Positions 1-9,887 are shown, numbered from the stretch's first letter. The stretch is DNA of 64,000 nucleotides from Candidatus Saccharimonadales bacterium (GCA_041600755.1 JBFIJL010000003.1:36678-100677); one strand, 5' to 3'. Notes: generated from the letters alone by a model not told the origin. Numbers and translations are program-made.

Positions 1-24
1 GACCGTTTGCCATAACAGAACCTC

Positions 25-588
25 CTATTTATATAACTGCCTATACTTTATATGCGTTTCATCCAACCTTGCAACTAATAGTGTAATGAGCATATCTGGA
101 TCTTCAGAGAACATGACATCTGGGTCATTTTGCTTTCCTGCAGCATGCAAAATTTCGTCTATCTGTGTGCTGATACCTCCAGCGCCTTGCAAAAATCCAA
201 TCGGGCGATTTGTCTCCATGGCGATGGTAAATTCATGCAGAGTACCCAATCTTCCACCAATACTAACTACAGCATCGCTTGACTGAATAAGTAGCGTATC
301 TCGACCTATATAATGAAGACCAGTGTAGAGAATTGTGTCGTAAGCTTCGGTTGGAAGTCGGTACTTCGCTACGTGCTCTATCTTGCTTTGTGCTGGGCTA
401 ATTCCAACGCTCATGAGTCCTCCCGCAGCCTTATACCCTTCAGCGGCATAATTTGGCAGCCCAACTGTGGCGCCTGTCAACAAACTGTGTCCAGCTTTAG
501 CGATTGCCCGCCCCGCAGCGATTGCTAACTCTCGTCCTTCTTCTACGCTTTTGCCTTTTGCTGCTCCTGATACACAAATTTGATACAT
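25..588 (-). CDS. LOG/TIGR00725-family Rossmann-fold protein (lysine-decarboxylase-like)
   Basis: 187-aa ORF with ATG at 588 preceded by AAAGGA. Carries the LOG-family GGxGTxxE signature (IGGRLGTLHEF) and an N-terminal glycine-rich segment. Last gene of the fba operon. Confidence 0.6.
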   Translation of the reverse strand: MYQICVSGAAKGKSVEEGRELAIAAGRAIAKAGHSLLTGATVGLPNYAAEGYKAAGGLMSVGISPAQSKIEHVAKYRLPTEAYDTILYTGLHYIGRDTLLIQSSDAVVSIGGRLGTLHEFTIAMETNRPIGFLQGAGGISTQIDEILHAAGKQNDPDVMFSEDPDMLITLLVARLDETHIKYRQLYK

Positions 589-600
589 TCTAATTCCTTT

Positions 601-1836
601 TTAACCTAATAATTCCGGTGCAACCATCTCATTGTCTAGCTGCTTTAATATCTGTCGCTCTAGTGTCTTTTGCCCCATATATCGAATAAATATTTCATTC
701 CAGAGACTCTCCCTGAAGTGATATATTGCACGACTGGCATATGGGATTTCATTTACATAACTAATCGCAATGTCCATGAGGTTGAACGTTATGGGGCGTC
801 CATCAAACATAACCGCTACGTAGTCTAAATCATACCAGAAATGAAGAGCAGGTTCTATCCGGTATAAAACTTCTTCGGCTTTACGCCAGTGCAAATCTTC
901 GGGCTGAAGATGAGGTTGGAAAATCTCTGGATGATCTTCATTCTCGAGCTTACCAAAATAACGCTGAATGATCCGCCAGTGAACATACTTACCGGCCATC
1001 ACTGCATGCTTGTCAGGATCCGCAATGAGCGTATCGACTAACACTTCCCCAAAATCTGGACGCACCTGCTGGAGCTTGAAATATGAACTATAAAGCCTCA
1101 CTTCATTGTAGTAATGAAGCAGTAATGGCAAAACAGTTATCACAATCCCCCGCATTCTCTCCATGGGCATCGGCAATATCACAATTACGCCAAGCTCTTT
1201 TAGGTGTGTCAAGTTGTGGCGCTTTTTATGAACAAATACGTCTGTAAGCGCTCCCCATTTTTTCTTATCAAGGGTGACTATTTCGATATTGCGCACTTCA
1301 AAATCTGCAGGAGTAAGTTTTTTGTACAGTTGCAAGAAACTATTCAGCCACTCGCCGTCTTCTGCAAAACGCAAGGCTGCAAATAGCTCAGGTACTTTTT
1401 CGCGCTTTACCATCGAATCAACTGATCGATAGCCAAGGTGTTTCATTATTTTCTTTGGTGGCTTAGCAACCAGCAACTTCTTTGCAGCAGCGTGCTTCAA
1501 CACCCACACCTTCTTGGGTACGTCCATTTTTCTAGCAAAAGAAGCAAGATTTTTTACAACTGCCTGTACGTCCTCTGGGTCTGTTACTCCCATGCTTTTA
1601 GCAAGCATTGCATCATGGCTCCTTACAAGCGACAGTAGTGCGGCGTACAATTCTTCGCCCGTCGTGTCGTGAGGATCCAGGCCAAGCTCTTTGAGCTTCA
1701 TGAATACTTTTCCTGACACCTCAGAAGAAAGCCTCAAGTCTGCACTTGGGTTGCCGCTAGCTAGTTCTAGCTGCGAAAGTGTTTTTGTAAACAACGGTTC
1801 TTCCGCGGCAAGCAGTTCTGAAAGTAACCGTGACAC
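601..1836 (-). CDS. hypothetical protein (411 aa), no recognisable motif
   Basis: Long uninterrupted ORF. GTG start lies 4 nt after the PfkB kinase stop, and the stop lies 12 nt before the LOG-like gene start, so operon context supports coding. I recognise no family signature. Confidence 0.5.
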   Translation of the reverse strand: MSRLLSELLAAEEPLFTKTLSQLELASGNPSADLRLSSEVSGKVFMKLKELGLDPHDTTGEELYAALLSLVRSHDAMLAKSMGVTDPEDVQAVVKNLASFARKMDVPKKVWVLKHAAAKKLLVAKPPKKIMKHLGYRSVDSMVKREKVPELFAALRFAEDGEWLNSFLQLYKKLTPADFEVRNIEIVTLDKKKWGALTDVFVHKKRHNLTHLKELGVIVILPMPMERMRGIVITVLPLLLHYYNEVRLYSSYFKLQQVRPDFGEVLVDTLIADPDKHAVMAGKYVHWRIIQRYFGKLENEDHPEIFQPHLQPEDLHWRKAEEVLYRIEPALHFWYDLDYVAVMFDGRPITFNLMDIAISYVNEIPYASRAIYHFRESLWNEIFIRYMGQKTLERQILKQLDNEMVAPELLG

Positions 1837-1840
1837 CGTC

Positions 1841-2842
1841 TTAGAATCTTTCTGGTTTATACCAGTCCGGTGCCTTGTGGAGATAGTCGCTCATTTCACG
1901 CTCGGACAGAAGCCCTTCTTGCGCACCAACATGCTGAACAACATTCATCGAATTAATTGGCGCCCATTGTAATGCGCTTTCGACACTTGCACCCTTTATG
2001 ATTGCTGCAACAAATGCTGATGAAAATGCATCTCCGGCACCAGTACGCTCCAATGGAGGCGCTGGATCCGGGTAGGCCGGCATCTTGAAGCGGTTTTCGC
2101 CATCACTGGCATAAGCTCCGTCTGGACCATCGGTCAGACACACAACCTTCGGCCCAAGCTCGTGCATCTTGGTGAGCAGTTCATGGATATCTTCGTGGTT
2201 TCCGCCAGTAACTTGCACCGCTTCCTCGCGGTTAAGAAGCAGGATGTCGGTTTCTTTATATAGTCGAGACAATCGCTCAACACCTGCGGCAATCTGAAAA
2301 GTTCCAGGCTGAAATGCCAGTCGCACCTCTGGATGCTGCTCAAACCATGTTGCCATCTCATCGTGCATTTCCATGGCATTTTCACTGATCGAGCTAAAGT
2401 AAACCCATCCCGGTAGGTCAGACTCCTTAAATTCAGGCCAATGATAATCGTACTCTTCGTGCTTAATAAGAATGGTTCGCTCTTCTTTATACCAAAGAAC
2501 GTAGTGGTAATTGCTCTTGTTGTCTGGGTTGATTCTAACAAATCGTGAATCTACATTTTCTGAATGCAGCTTATTTATCATGTCGCGTCCCGCGGTGTCG
2601 CCACCAACGTTACTAACTAATCCACTTTTGAGCCCCAATCGAGAAAAACTTACCGCAGCATTTGGTGCATTACCCACGGCTTCTTTAATTTCTGCATGAT
2701 CAAATGGCAACTTAGAGCCAAGCTCCATTGCCAGTACATTCATTCCATTTTCGTCCTTATAGCTAAACGAAAAATCTTCCTTGAGCTTAATAAAGGCATC
2801 GCTGACTATATCTCCAACACTGATTACATCAAATTTTCCCAT
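1841..2842 (-). CDS. PfkB-family carbohydrate kinase
   Basis: C-terminal PfkB signature TGAGDAFSSAF and N-terminal VISVGD. The track start at 2851 is GTG. ATG at 2842 (MGKFDVISVGD) is preceded by GAGGTG at good spacing, so it is preferred. Confidence 0.8.
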   Translation of the reverse strand: MGKFDVISVGDIVSDAFIKLKEDFSFSYKDENGMNVLAMELGSKLPFDHAEIKEAVGNAPNAAVSFSRLGLKSGLVSNVGGDTAGRDMINKLHSENVDSRFVRINPDNKSNYHYVLWYKEERTILIKHEEYDYHWPEFKESDLPGWVYFSSISENAMEMHDEMATWFEQHPEVRLAFQPGTFQIAAGVERLSRLYKETDILLLNREEAVQVTGGNHEDIHELLTKMHELGPKVVCLTDGPDGAYASDGENRFKMPAYPDPAPPLERTGAGDAFSSAFVAAIIKGASVESALQWAPINSMNVVQHVGAQEGLLSEREMSDYLHKAPDWYKPERF

Positions 2843-2864
2843 GTTTCCCACCTCTTCTTAATGC

Positions 2865-3779
2865 TTATTCTACTACAGCTTTGCCTTCAGACAAAAATAC
2901 ATCGAGCTTTGCTTCTACAACCTCTTGAACGGCGTCGATCACCTTATCCATAAGTTTAACAACCGCATACTGCGTTGGATTGTCTTGCAATTGCTTTACC
3001 AGCGTCTCACGGTATGCGTAGCGCATATCCGAGTTGATATTGACCTTTGTCACGCCGATTTTGGCTGCATCCTTGAAGTAATGACCTGGTGTGCCGCTTC
3101 CGCCATGCAAACTAATATTACAAGGAATTGCGTTACGAATTTCTTTTAACAAATTTAGATCAAGAACCTTAGGGACAGGATACTTACCGTGGAGGTTGCC
3201 AATCGCAGCTGCAAAAGTATCAATTCCAGTTGCCTCTACGAACTCCCTTGCACCTTCTGGAGTACTAAAGGTCTTCTTTATTTCTGCGTAATCAATTTTC
3301 TCGGTGTGCATGTTGGAACTTCCGCCAAAGTAATGTGGCTCGCTCTCAACCATTGCCCCAGTTAATCGGGCATAGTCCACGATTTGACGGGTTTCTGCAA
3401 CAATCTGCTCTACGGTTGCATCTTTCCGAGCTTGGGAGATGTCGATGTGAATAAACTCAAATCCAGCTTCAATTCCAGCAATTGCATCAGCAATAGTTGG
3501 ACTGTGATCGAGATTGATATACATCTCAACACCGTACTCTTGCTTGTAGTTGTCGACCATATCGCGAATATTTTCGAGTCCAAGAGCTTCAACCTCGCCA
3601 GCGCTTACCTCAACCATAACTGGGGCGTTCTTAGCTTTCGCAGCACGAGCAATCGCAATCAATGTATCTTGGTTGTCGATATTAAAAGCACCGATGGCGT
3701 AGCCGCCTTCGCGAGCACGGTGCATAGCCCTTCGGGCACGTAAACTGTTTTCTCTCATTTGCGTAAGTGTTAAAGGCAT
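2865..3779 (-). CDS. fba: class II fructose-bisphosphate aldolase
   Basis: 304 aa. N-terminal GGYAIGAFNIDNQDT and overall class II (zinc) aldolase/tagatose-bisphosphate aldolase pattern. TATACT box 6 nt upstream of the ATG and no SD. Confidence 0.85.
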   Translation of the reverse strand: MPLTLTQMRENSLRARRAMHRAREGGYAIGAFNIDNQDTLIAIARAAKAKNAPVMVEVSAGEVEALGLENIRDMVDNYKQEYGVEMYINLDHSPTIADAIAGIEAGFEFIHIDISQARKDATVEQIVAETRQIVDYARLTGAMVESEPHYFGGSSNMHTEKIDYAEIKKTFSTPEGAREFVEATGIDTFAAAIGNLHGKYPVPKVLDLNLLKEIRNAIPCNISLHGGSGTPGHYFKDAAKIGVTKVNINSDMRYAYRETLVKQLQDNPTQYAVVKLMDKVIDAVQEVVEAKLDVFLSEGKAVVE

Positions 3780-3855
3780 GTCAACAGTATAGCCAAACTG
3801 CTTGTGTTTGTATAGAAGCTAATGTGCATACTTAATATCTATAAAAGGAGAACTC

Positions 3856-4203
3856 ATGGAAAAGCTTTCGAAGCCAAACATGCTTATTGCGTCTACTGCT
3901 ATCCTTGGTGGTCTATTATTGGCTGGCTGTAGTGAAACTCAAGCGACTTCAGACCCAAATGCGTTGAGAGTTTCCGATACAAAAGGAGATTTCACCGTTA
4001 CGCATGCTTACGGCGACGGAAAGCGAATCACTTCTATACCTAACGGTAGTTTTGGAGTCGCAAATAGCTACGAATTCTGTGATGCAAATGATCTTGTCGA
4101 GTATTGGAATGGTGGCCATGACGGAGGACCTGAACGCACCCAAGACCATCCTGCTTGCGATGATGGCGCACTAACACCTTCCGATTTTGAAATTGAAGGC
4201 TAG
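3856..4203 (+). CDS. small secreted lipoprotein, unknown function
   Basis: 115 aa. Signal peptide ends in the lipobox LLAG|C. Strong SD (AAAAGGAG) 6 nt upstream of the ATG. Confidence 0.6.
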   Translation: MEKLSKPNMLIASTAILGGLLLAGCSETQATSDPNALRVSDTKGDFTVTHAYGDGKRITSIPNGSFGVANSYEFCDANDLVEYWNGGHDGGPERTQDHPACDDGALTPSDFEIEG

Positions 4204-4205
4204 CA

Positions 4206-5083
4206 CTAGCTAAGTATTAAGAACATTGCAACGATTGCTATTATGCTAATTGCAAACTTTTCTTTTAATCTCTGCCTCTCGTGAAGAATCAAAGCTCCGA
4301 ATATGGTGATTAGCACAATCTTGAAGTTTGTGACTGTCACTAAAACACCAATAGCCCCACCCGCAATCTGTGCCTGTATAAATGCGAAGCCCGCTAATGC
4401 CCTCACAACACCCAGTGCGCTACCTTTTGCCACCAGAAGCTTCACCTTGGCCTGCCTGTTGCTGTCAAATAAATACACACCTAGCGCAATACAGACCGAG
4501 CCCAGTGCCTGAACCCCCCAACCATAAAACAAGTACGACTCGAACGTCACCTTGCCGACTAAAGACTTCTCTTGGACTATTGCGAGTCCGTAGATCATGC
4601 AAGCAATTACTACGTAAAACGCGACCTTAAGTCCGGCTTTACTGTTTCTCTTGTTTTTTGTGCCCAAGTAGTTAGCCAGAAATATTGCAAAGAATAGGAC
4701 TATCGAACCTACCGTCTGCGAGGCAGTGAACACTTCTTGTAAAAGTAAATATCCGAACAAGGCGCTAAAAAAGCTGAAAGCATTATTGCAATCGATGCAA
4801 AAGCAGCGTCCAGCTGTGAAAATATCTTGTGCCTAAGCACATTAGATACAGCAAGCATAGTTCCTGCTATTAAATATATTGGAGCAAGTTGAGTGTCCAG
4901 AGCTGGCGTATTTCCGGAAATTACAACCCAAGCTAATCCAGTGAAGTACAAAGAAATGAACGCGGCGGCATTAACAATTGACGCCTCAAGAAAAGACGGA
5001 TGACGCTTGGCTATGGCCCTCAACAGCAAAGCATGCACAGAACTAATGCAAGTATGAATGATAACCAAATATTGCCAGGACAT
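4206..5083 (-). pseudogene. EamA/DMT-family 10-TM transporter interrupted by a -1 frame change
   Basis: ORFs 4709-5083 and 4206-4760 are in different frames and together give about 292 aa of typical EamA repeats. The downstream half has no ATG (track start is TTG). The frames join at the A6 run 4767-4772 (minus strand T TTT TTA). Confidence 0.6.
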
Positions 5084-5086
5084 GAA

Positions 5087-6061
5087 CTACTTCTTGGCGT
5101 CGTATACGTCGTGGGCTGCCATCATTATGTGATGCACTGTGAGGCCATGCTTCTTGAATAATTCCTCAGGGGTTCCCGATTCGCCGTATGCATCATTAAC
5201 CCCTAGTCTCTTGAGACGAGCTGGGCAATGTTCAGCAATCAGCTCGGCAACCGCACTCCCAAGCCCACCATTTATTTGCGCTTCTTCTAGTGTCACGACG
5301 GCCTTAGTCTTTTTTATGCTTTTTAGCAATGTCACAGTGTCGAGTGGCTTAATGGTTGGGCAATGAATCACCTCTACATCAACACCCTCCTTGAAGAGCT
5401 TCTCGGCGGCCAGCATCGCGTTATAGGTCATTGTGCCAGTAGATACAATAGTCACATCCATTCCGTGCGTATACATGTAGGCTTTGCCGATTTCGAATGG
5501 GGTTTTGTCAGTAGTTAGAATTGGCAAATTTTCTCTGGCGAGTCGAATGTAGTTAGGGCGGCTATCCTTGGCCATAGCCAGAGTCATGCGTTCTGCTTCT
5601 AAGCTGTCGCCGGGCACTAAAACAACCATATTCGGCATTGCTCTCATTAATGCGATGTCTTCAAGCATCTGATGTGTCGCGCCGTCTGGACCAGTATAGA
5701 GACCGGCATGTGCACCAACGATCTTTACCGGCATGTCGTTGAGCGCTGCGGTTGTTTTAATTTGCTCCCAGTTGCGCCCCGGACTAAAAGCCGCATAGCT
5801 ACTTACAAATGGGATTTTGCCCATTGCGGCAAGCCCAGAACCGACTGTTGCTAGGTTTTGCTCTGCGACGCCAATCTCAATAAAGCGCTCAGGGAAAGCA
5901 TCGCGAAAAATACTAATTTTGGTTGAGTCAGTCAGATCGGCGCAAGCGGCAACAACCCTATCGTCAAGCTCACCTGCCTTCTTTAGCCCACGACCAAATC
6001 CTACGCGATTAGCTTCGTACTGCACGTCTTTATGAATATCTGCCAAGTATAAACTACTCAT
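5087..6061 (-). CDS. tkt: transketolase, C-terminal (pyrimidine-binding) subunit
   Basis: 324 aa with transketolase Pyr and C-terminal domain pattern (EIGVAEQN, GPDGATHQ). ATG overlaps the stop of the upstream N-terminal subunit, so this is a split transketolase. Confidence 0.9.
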   Translation of the reverse strand: MSSLYLADIHKDVQYEANRVGFGRGLKKAGELDDRVVAACADLTDSTKISIFRDAFPERFIEIGVAEQNLATVGSGLAAMGKIPFVSSYAAFSPGRNWEQIKTTAALNDMPVKIVGAHAGLYTGPDGATHQMLEDIALMRAMPNMVVLVPGDSLEAERMTLAMAKDSRPNYIRLARENLPILTTDKTPFEIGKAYMYTHGMDVTIVSTGTMTYNAMLAAEKLFKEGVDVEVIHCPTIKPLDTVTLLKSIKKTKAVVTLEEAQINGGLGSAVAELIAEHCPARLKRLGVNDAYGESGTPEELFKKHGLTVHHIMMAAHDVYDAKK

Positions 6062-6911
6062 GTTCGCTCACAATCTTACCCTTAAGTGTACGGAGTTCGT
6101 GTAAAGCCTTTTTAGCCTGCTCCTTGTTAGGCGGTGCACCATGCCAATGAAAATCATGCTCCATAAAATCAACACCCTTGCCGGGAATCGTGTGTGCCAG
6201 TAAAATCACCGGCTTCTCGACAATCGCTTTTGCCATTGCCACCGCATCGATAATTGCCTCAATATTGTGGCCATCAATTTCAATAACATGCCAACCAAAT
6301 GCCTGCCACTTACCTTTTAGGTCTTCAAGAGGCATTACCGATTCTGTAGGGCCATCTATCTGAATATTATTTCGGTCAATTATTCCAACTAGATTTGTTA
6401 GTTTTTCTTTGCCGGCAAGCATTGCCGCTTCCCAGATATTGCCTTCGTTGAGCTCGCCATCACCCATAACTACATATACAAATCGGTGCTGCTGTTTGTC
6501 CATACGAAGCGCTAACGCCATGCCCACACCCTGGCTAAGCCCGGAACCAAGTGGGCCGCTAGTATTTTCGAGGCCTGGTAGCTTTGTTCGCTCGGGGTGA
6601 CCCTGGAGACGTGAACCAAATTGACGCAGTGTCATAAGCTCTTTTAGTGGAAAATAACCGGCTCGAGCCATTGCAGCATATTGCACTGGTGCACAATGTC
6701 CATTGCTGAGCAGCAATAAATCACGATCTTCCCACGAAACGTTTTTTGGATCATGACGAAGTATATCGAAATACAATGCGCTAAAAATGTCAGCCAAACC
6801 AAGCGGGCCAGCACTGTGTCCACTCTTGGCATGCTCAAGCATCTTGATAATATCTGCCCGAATATCGTAAGCGATGCGCTCCAACTCCTCAATCGTATAG
6901 TGCTGTTTCAT
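6054..6911 (-). CDS. tkt: transketolase, N-terminal (TPP-binding) subunit
   Basis: TPP-binding motifs SGHSAGPLG and GDGELNEGN. The track start at 6956 is GTG. ATG at 6911 (MKQHYTIEELERIA) fits family N-termini and has TATACT 8 nt upstream. Confidence 0.85.
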   Translation of the reverse strand: MKQHYTIEELERIAYDIRADIIKMLEHAKSGHSAGPLGLADIFSALYFDILRHDPKNVSWEDRDLLLLSNGHCAPVQYAAMARAGYFPLKELMTLRQFGSRLQGHPERTKLPGLENTSGPLGSGLSQGVGMALALRMDKQQHRFVYVVMGDGELNEGNIWEAAMLAGKEKLTNLVGIIDRNNIQIDGPTESVMPLEDLKGKWQAFGWHVIEIDGHNIEAIIDAVAMAKAIVEKPVILLAHTIPGKGVDFMEHDFHWHGAPPNKEQAKKALHELRTLKGKIVSEHE

Positions 6912-6984
6912 TGTGCTTAAGTATAACAGGTCTCGATGCAAGTTAAACATTGACACTTGATAGTTTTTATGTTACAATTAGAAG

Positions 6985-7722
6985 ATGCCAGTGCGTTCAC
7001 ACAATCAAGTTTTTGAAGCCGCCCAAACTGATCTAGAAGAGATGCATGGTGGGTACCCAATACATGCATTTAATAAAAGTATTTATGGCCTGCTAGACAT
7101 TGTTTCTGATAATTACCTTGTAAAATCTTCTAGCGCTATGCCCAATGTCTTCGATGAGACGGCAACTCCCAAAACACAGCTTGGATCATATGTTCATGAT
7201 CTGATTGCTACACGTAAACTCACACATACACCAGAGGCCATTGATCTGCGCATCAGTGAGTTTTGCGACATAGCAGAACCCACAATGCTTACTGCATTAG
7301 ATCAGGCAGATACTCCCCGCTCAAGGCCACTTATTTTCGTACACGATACAGACGATCAACCAATCGCAGTTATAAAAAATAAAGGTGACGCAACCGCATT
7401 TGCATTGCAAGACAATAGAAGATTTGTACTTGGGGAGTCTGGTATCTATTCAATGACATTTGGACCACTAGATACAATCAAAACCAGCGTGCCACACATT
7501 AAACGCATAAAGCTGGGCAAAATCGAGTCACTAAAACCTGGACGAATCAGTGTATTCGCCGGCTCAGACGATGATCGTGCAAAGTATCGTCCAGAGAGAC
7601 TACATAAATGGACAGCGACAAAACGTGACAAAATACCAAAGCAAGTACTAAAAGACTTGCCTGCAGTATCTCACTATGAATTAGTACGTCGAGCAGAAGA
7701 GCTCAGTGAGTCTATCCGCTAG
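6985..7722 (+). CDS. hypothetical protein (245 aa)
   Basis: Single long ORF on the opposite strand inside the pentose-phosphate cluster. TACAAT 6 nt upstream of the ATG. No recognisable motif. Confidence 0.45.
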   Translation: MPVRSHNQVFEAAQTDLEEMHGGYPIHAFNKSIYGLLDIVSDNYLVKSSSAMPNVFDETATPKTQLGSYVHDLIATRKLTHTPEAIDLRISEFCDIAEPTMLTALDQADTPRSRPLIFVHDTDDQPIAVIKNKGDATAFALQDNRRFVLGESGIYSMTFGPLDTIKTSVPHIKRIKLGKIESLKPGRISVFAGSDDDRAKYRPERLHKWTATKRDKIPKQVLKDLPAVSHYELVRRAEELSESIR

Positions 7723-8348
7723 CTAACGGCGGAAATGATCTTGCTGTACTGAGCGTTGGGGTCTTTTGCTTTCTGAATAAACCCTCCGACGTTCAAGATA
7801 TCGATTCCCCCTGCAACAAGCTGCTTAGCATTTTCATCATTAATGCCTCCGTCCCAACCTAGCTCTAGGCTTGGTTTTAGCTTTTTCAGAGCGGCTGCTT
7901 TATCCAGCAAGCTTAAATCAACATGCCCTCCAAAATGACCAAGGTTTCCAGAAAATATTAATACATGATCGATAGCCTCAAGCGACGACGCAATGACGTC
8001 AATCTTTGTATCTTGAAGTAGGCAAACACCTACTTTAATCCCAGCACCATGCAACGCATCTGCAAAATCACCAAACGCACCTTGCGCCTCAGCGTGCACA
8101 ATCACTAAGGATGGCTTCAATCTTAAGATCACTGGAAGTGACAAGTCTGGACGCATGTACATAAGGTGCAAATCTATCTGCTTGTTCTCAGGCAGCCAAA
8201 TCTTATCCAGATCGACAGACTTGTTGGTCGTGAATAGTCCGTCCATGAAATCCAAGTGAATTCGCTCGGCAAAAGGTTCGAGTCGCTGCAACTGCTGTCG
8301 ATAAACGTGCAGGTCTTCGGCTGTGACCGTCGGGCACACAGTTGCCAT
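7719..8348 (-). CDS. rpe: ribulose-phosphate 3-epimerase-like protein (divergent)
   Basis: 209 aa. N-terminal CPTV...ERIHLDFMDGLFT resembles the Rpe (I)APSIL...HvDvMDGhFV metal-binding pattern. Adjacent to rpiB. Confidence 0.6.
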   Translation of the reverse strand: MATVCPTVTAEDLHVYRQQLQRLEPFAERIHLDFMDGLFTTNKSVDLDKIWLPENKQIDLHLMYMRPDLSLPVILRLKPSLVIVHAEAQGAFGDFADALHGAGIKVGVCLLQDTKIDVIASSLEAIDHVLIFSGNLGHFGGHVDLSLLDKAAALKKLKPSLELGWDGGINDENAKQLVAGGIDILNVGGFIQKAKDPNAQYSKIISAVS

Positions 8349-8349
8349 A

Positions 8350-8796
8350 CTAGGTTAGTTCATCGATCTGTTTAAGGCGTCGAATGAATCGCGGTGCAGC
8401 AGCAAATTTCGTGGAAAGCCATGTCTCGATGATGATATTTGACTCGTCCGCCTCGAGTAAGCTTGCTGGCAAGCATGCTACATTGCTATTGTCATCATTT
8501 CGGGAAGTCCTGGCGGAAGCACGATCATAAAGCAGTGCAGATCGAATGCCCTTAAATCGATTCGCCGCCATACACATCCCTTGTCCGCTTCCACAAATCA
8601 AAATACCGCGTGGATCGTTGTCGTCGCTAGTTAAAACATCAGTTACGACCTTATGCGCAAATACAGGGAAATCATCATCAGGATCTAACTGCTTATCACC
8701 CTCGTCGACTACATCATAGCCGGCACGCCGCAAGTAATCGATGAGTGAGTTTCGTAAACGAAATCCGTTATGATCCGCACCAACATAGATTTTCAT
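8350..8796 (-). CDS. rpiB: ribose-5-phosphate isomerase B
   Basis: 148 aa. N-terminal MKIYVGADHNGF and the CGSGQGM active-site Cys motif typical of RpiB/LacAB. Confidence 0.85.
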   Translation of the reverse strand: MKIYVGADHNGFRLRNSLIDYLRRAGYDVVDEGDKQLDPDDDFPVFAHKVVTDVLTSDDNDPRGILICGSGQGMCMAANRFKGIRSALLYDRASARTSRNDDNSNVACLPASLLEADESNIIIETWLSTKFAAAPRFIRRLKQIDELT

Positions 8797-8797
8797 A

Positions 8798-9814
8798 TTA
8801 GCTCTTTTTTAAACCCTTGGCCGTGTCGGCAACAACTTCTACGAGTCGGTTGCTGTAGCCCCATTCATTGTCATACCATGCAATGATTTTTACCATGTTT
8901 CCGGCAACAACTTTAGTAAGGCTTAGATCGACAGTCGAGGAGTGGCTGTCGCCTATAAAATCAGTCGATACCAGCGGCTCCTCTGTAATTGCCAAAATGC
9001 CTTGATAGTACGGATTTTTCACTGCGTCCTTAAATGCTTGATTCACTTCATCAACAGTTACGTCGCGCTTAAGTAAAAAGGTAAAATCGCTAAGACTAAC
9101 GATTGAGGTTGGTACGCGAACTGCCATGCCATCAAAAATACCCTTGAACTGCGGCAAAACTTCCTGTGTCGCAATCGCAGCACCAGAGCTAGTTGGAACT
9201 ATATTCTGAGCAGCAGCCCGTGCACGTCGCAGATCACTGTGTGGACCGTCCTGTAAGCTTTGATCGGCAGTATAGCTGTGAATAGTGGTCATCATGGCCT
9301 TTTCAACACCAAAAGCTGATTCCATAACTGCAGCTGGCGGAGTTATGCAGTTTGTGGTGCATGAGCCATTGCTCAAAATATCTTCGGCAGTTTCAATGGC
9401 ATCATCATTAACGCCAAGCACCACGGTAGTTGCGCCTTCGCCTTTTGCCGGAGCAGAGATCACCACTTTTTTGGCACCAGCGTCAATGTGCGCTCGAGCT
9501 TTTGCTGGGTCAACAAAGAATCCTGTAGATTCGATTACCACGTCAACGTCCAGCTCTTTCCATGGCAACGCGCTCGGGTCGCGTTCTGAGTGCACCTTAA
9601 TATGCTTACCATCTACAAATATCCCAGAATCATCGGCCGACACCTCATGCTGATAACGGCCATAGTTGCTGTCGTACTTTAATAAATGTGCGAGTGTTTT
9701 TGTGTCGGTTAAATCATTGATTGCGACAATTTCGATATCACTTCTCTCGAATGCGACTTTAAACGCGTTGCGTCCAATTCGTCCAAATCCGTTGATTGCA
9801 ATCTTTGCAGCCAT
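8798..9814 (-). CDS. gap: type I glyceraldehyde-3-phosphate dehydrogenase
   Basis: 338 aa. INGFGRIGR NAD-binding N-terminus, catalytic SCTTNC and C-terminal WYDNEWGYS. SD AAGGGG upstream. Confidence 0.95.
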   Translation of the reverse strand: MAAKIAINGFGRIGRNAFKVAFERSDIEIVAINDLTDTKTLAHLLKYDSNYGRYQHEVSADDSGIFVDGKHIKVHSERDPSALPWKELDVDVVIESTGFFVDPAKARAHIDAGAKKVVISAPAKGEGATTVVLGVNDDAIETAEDILSNGSCTTNCITPPAAVMESAFGVEKAMMTTIHSYTADQSLQDGPHSDLRRARAAAQNIVPTSSGAAIATQEVLPQFKGIFDGMAVRVPTSIVSLSDFTFLLKRDVTVDEVNQAFKDAVKNPYYQGILAITEEPLVSTDFIGDSHSSTVDLSLTKVVAGNMVKIIAWYDNEWGYSNRLVEVVADTAKGLKKS

Positions 9815-9887
9815 TTCCTACCCCTTAGTCTTATTAGCATTAGCAATACTGCCTCTACTATACGAGGTCACGCAAATTCACGCAATA

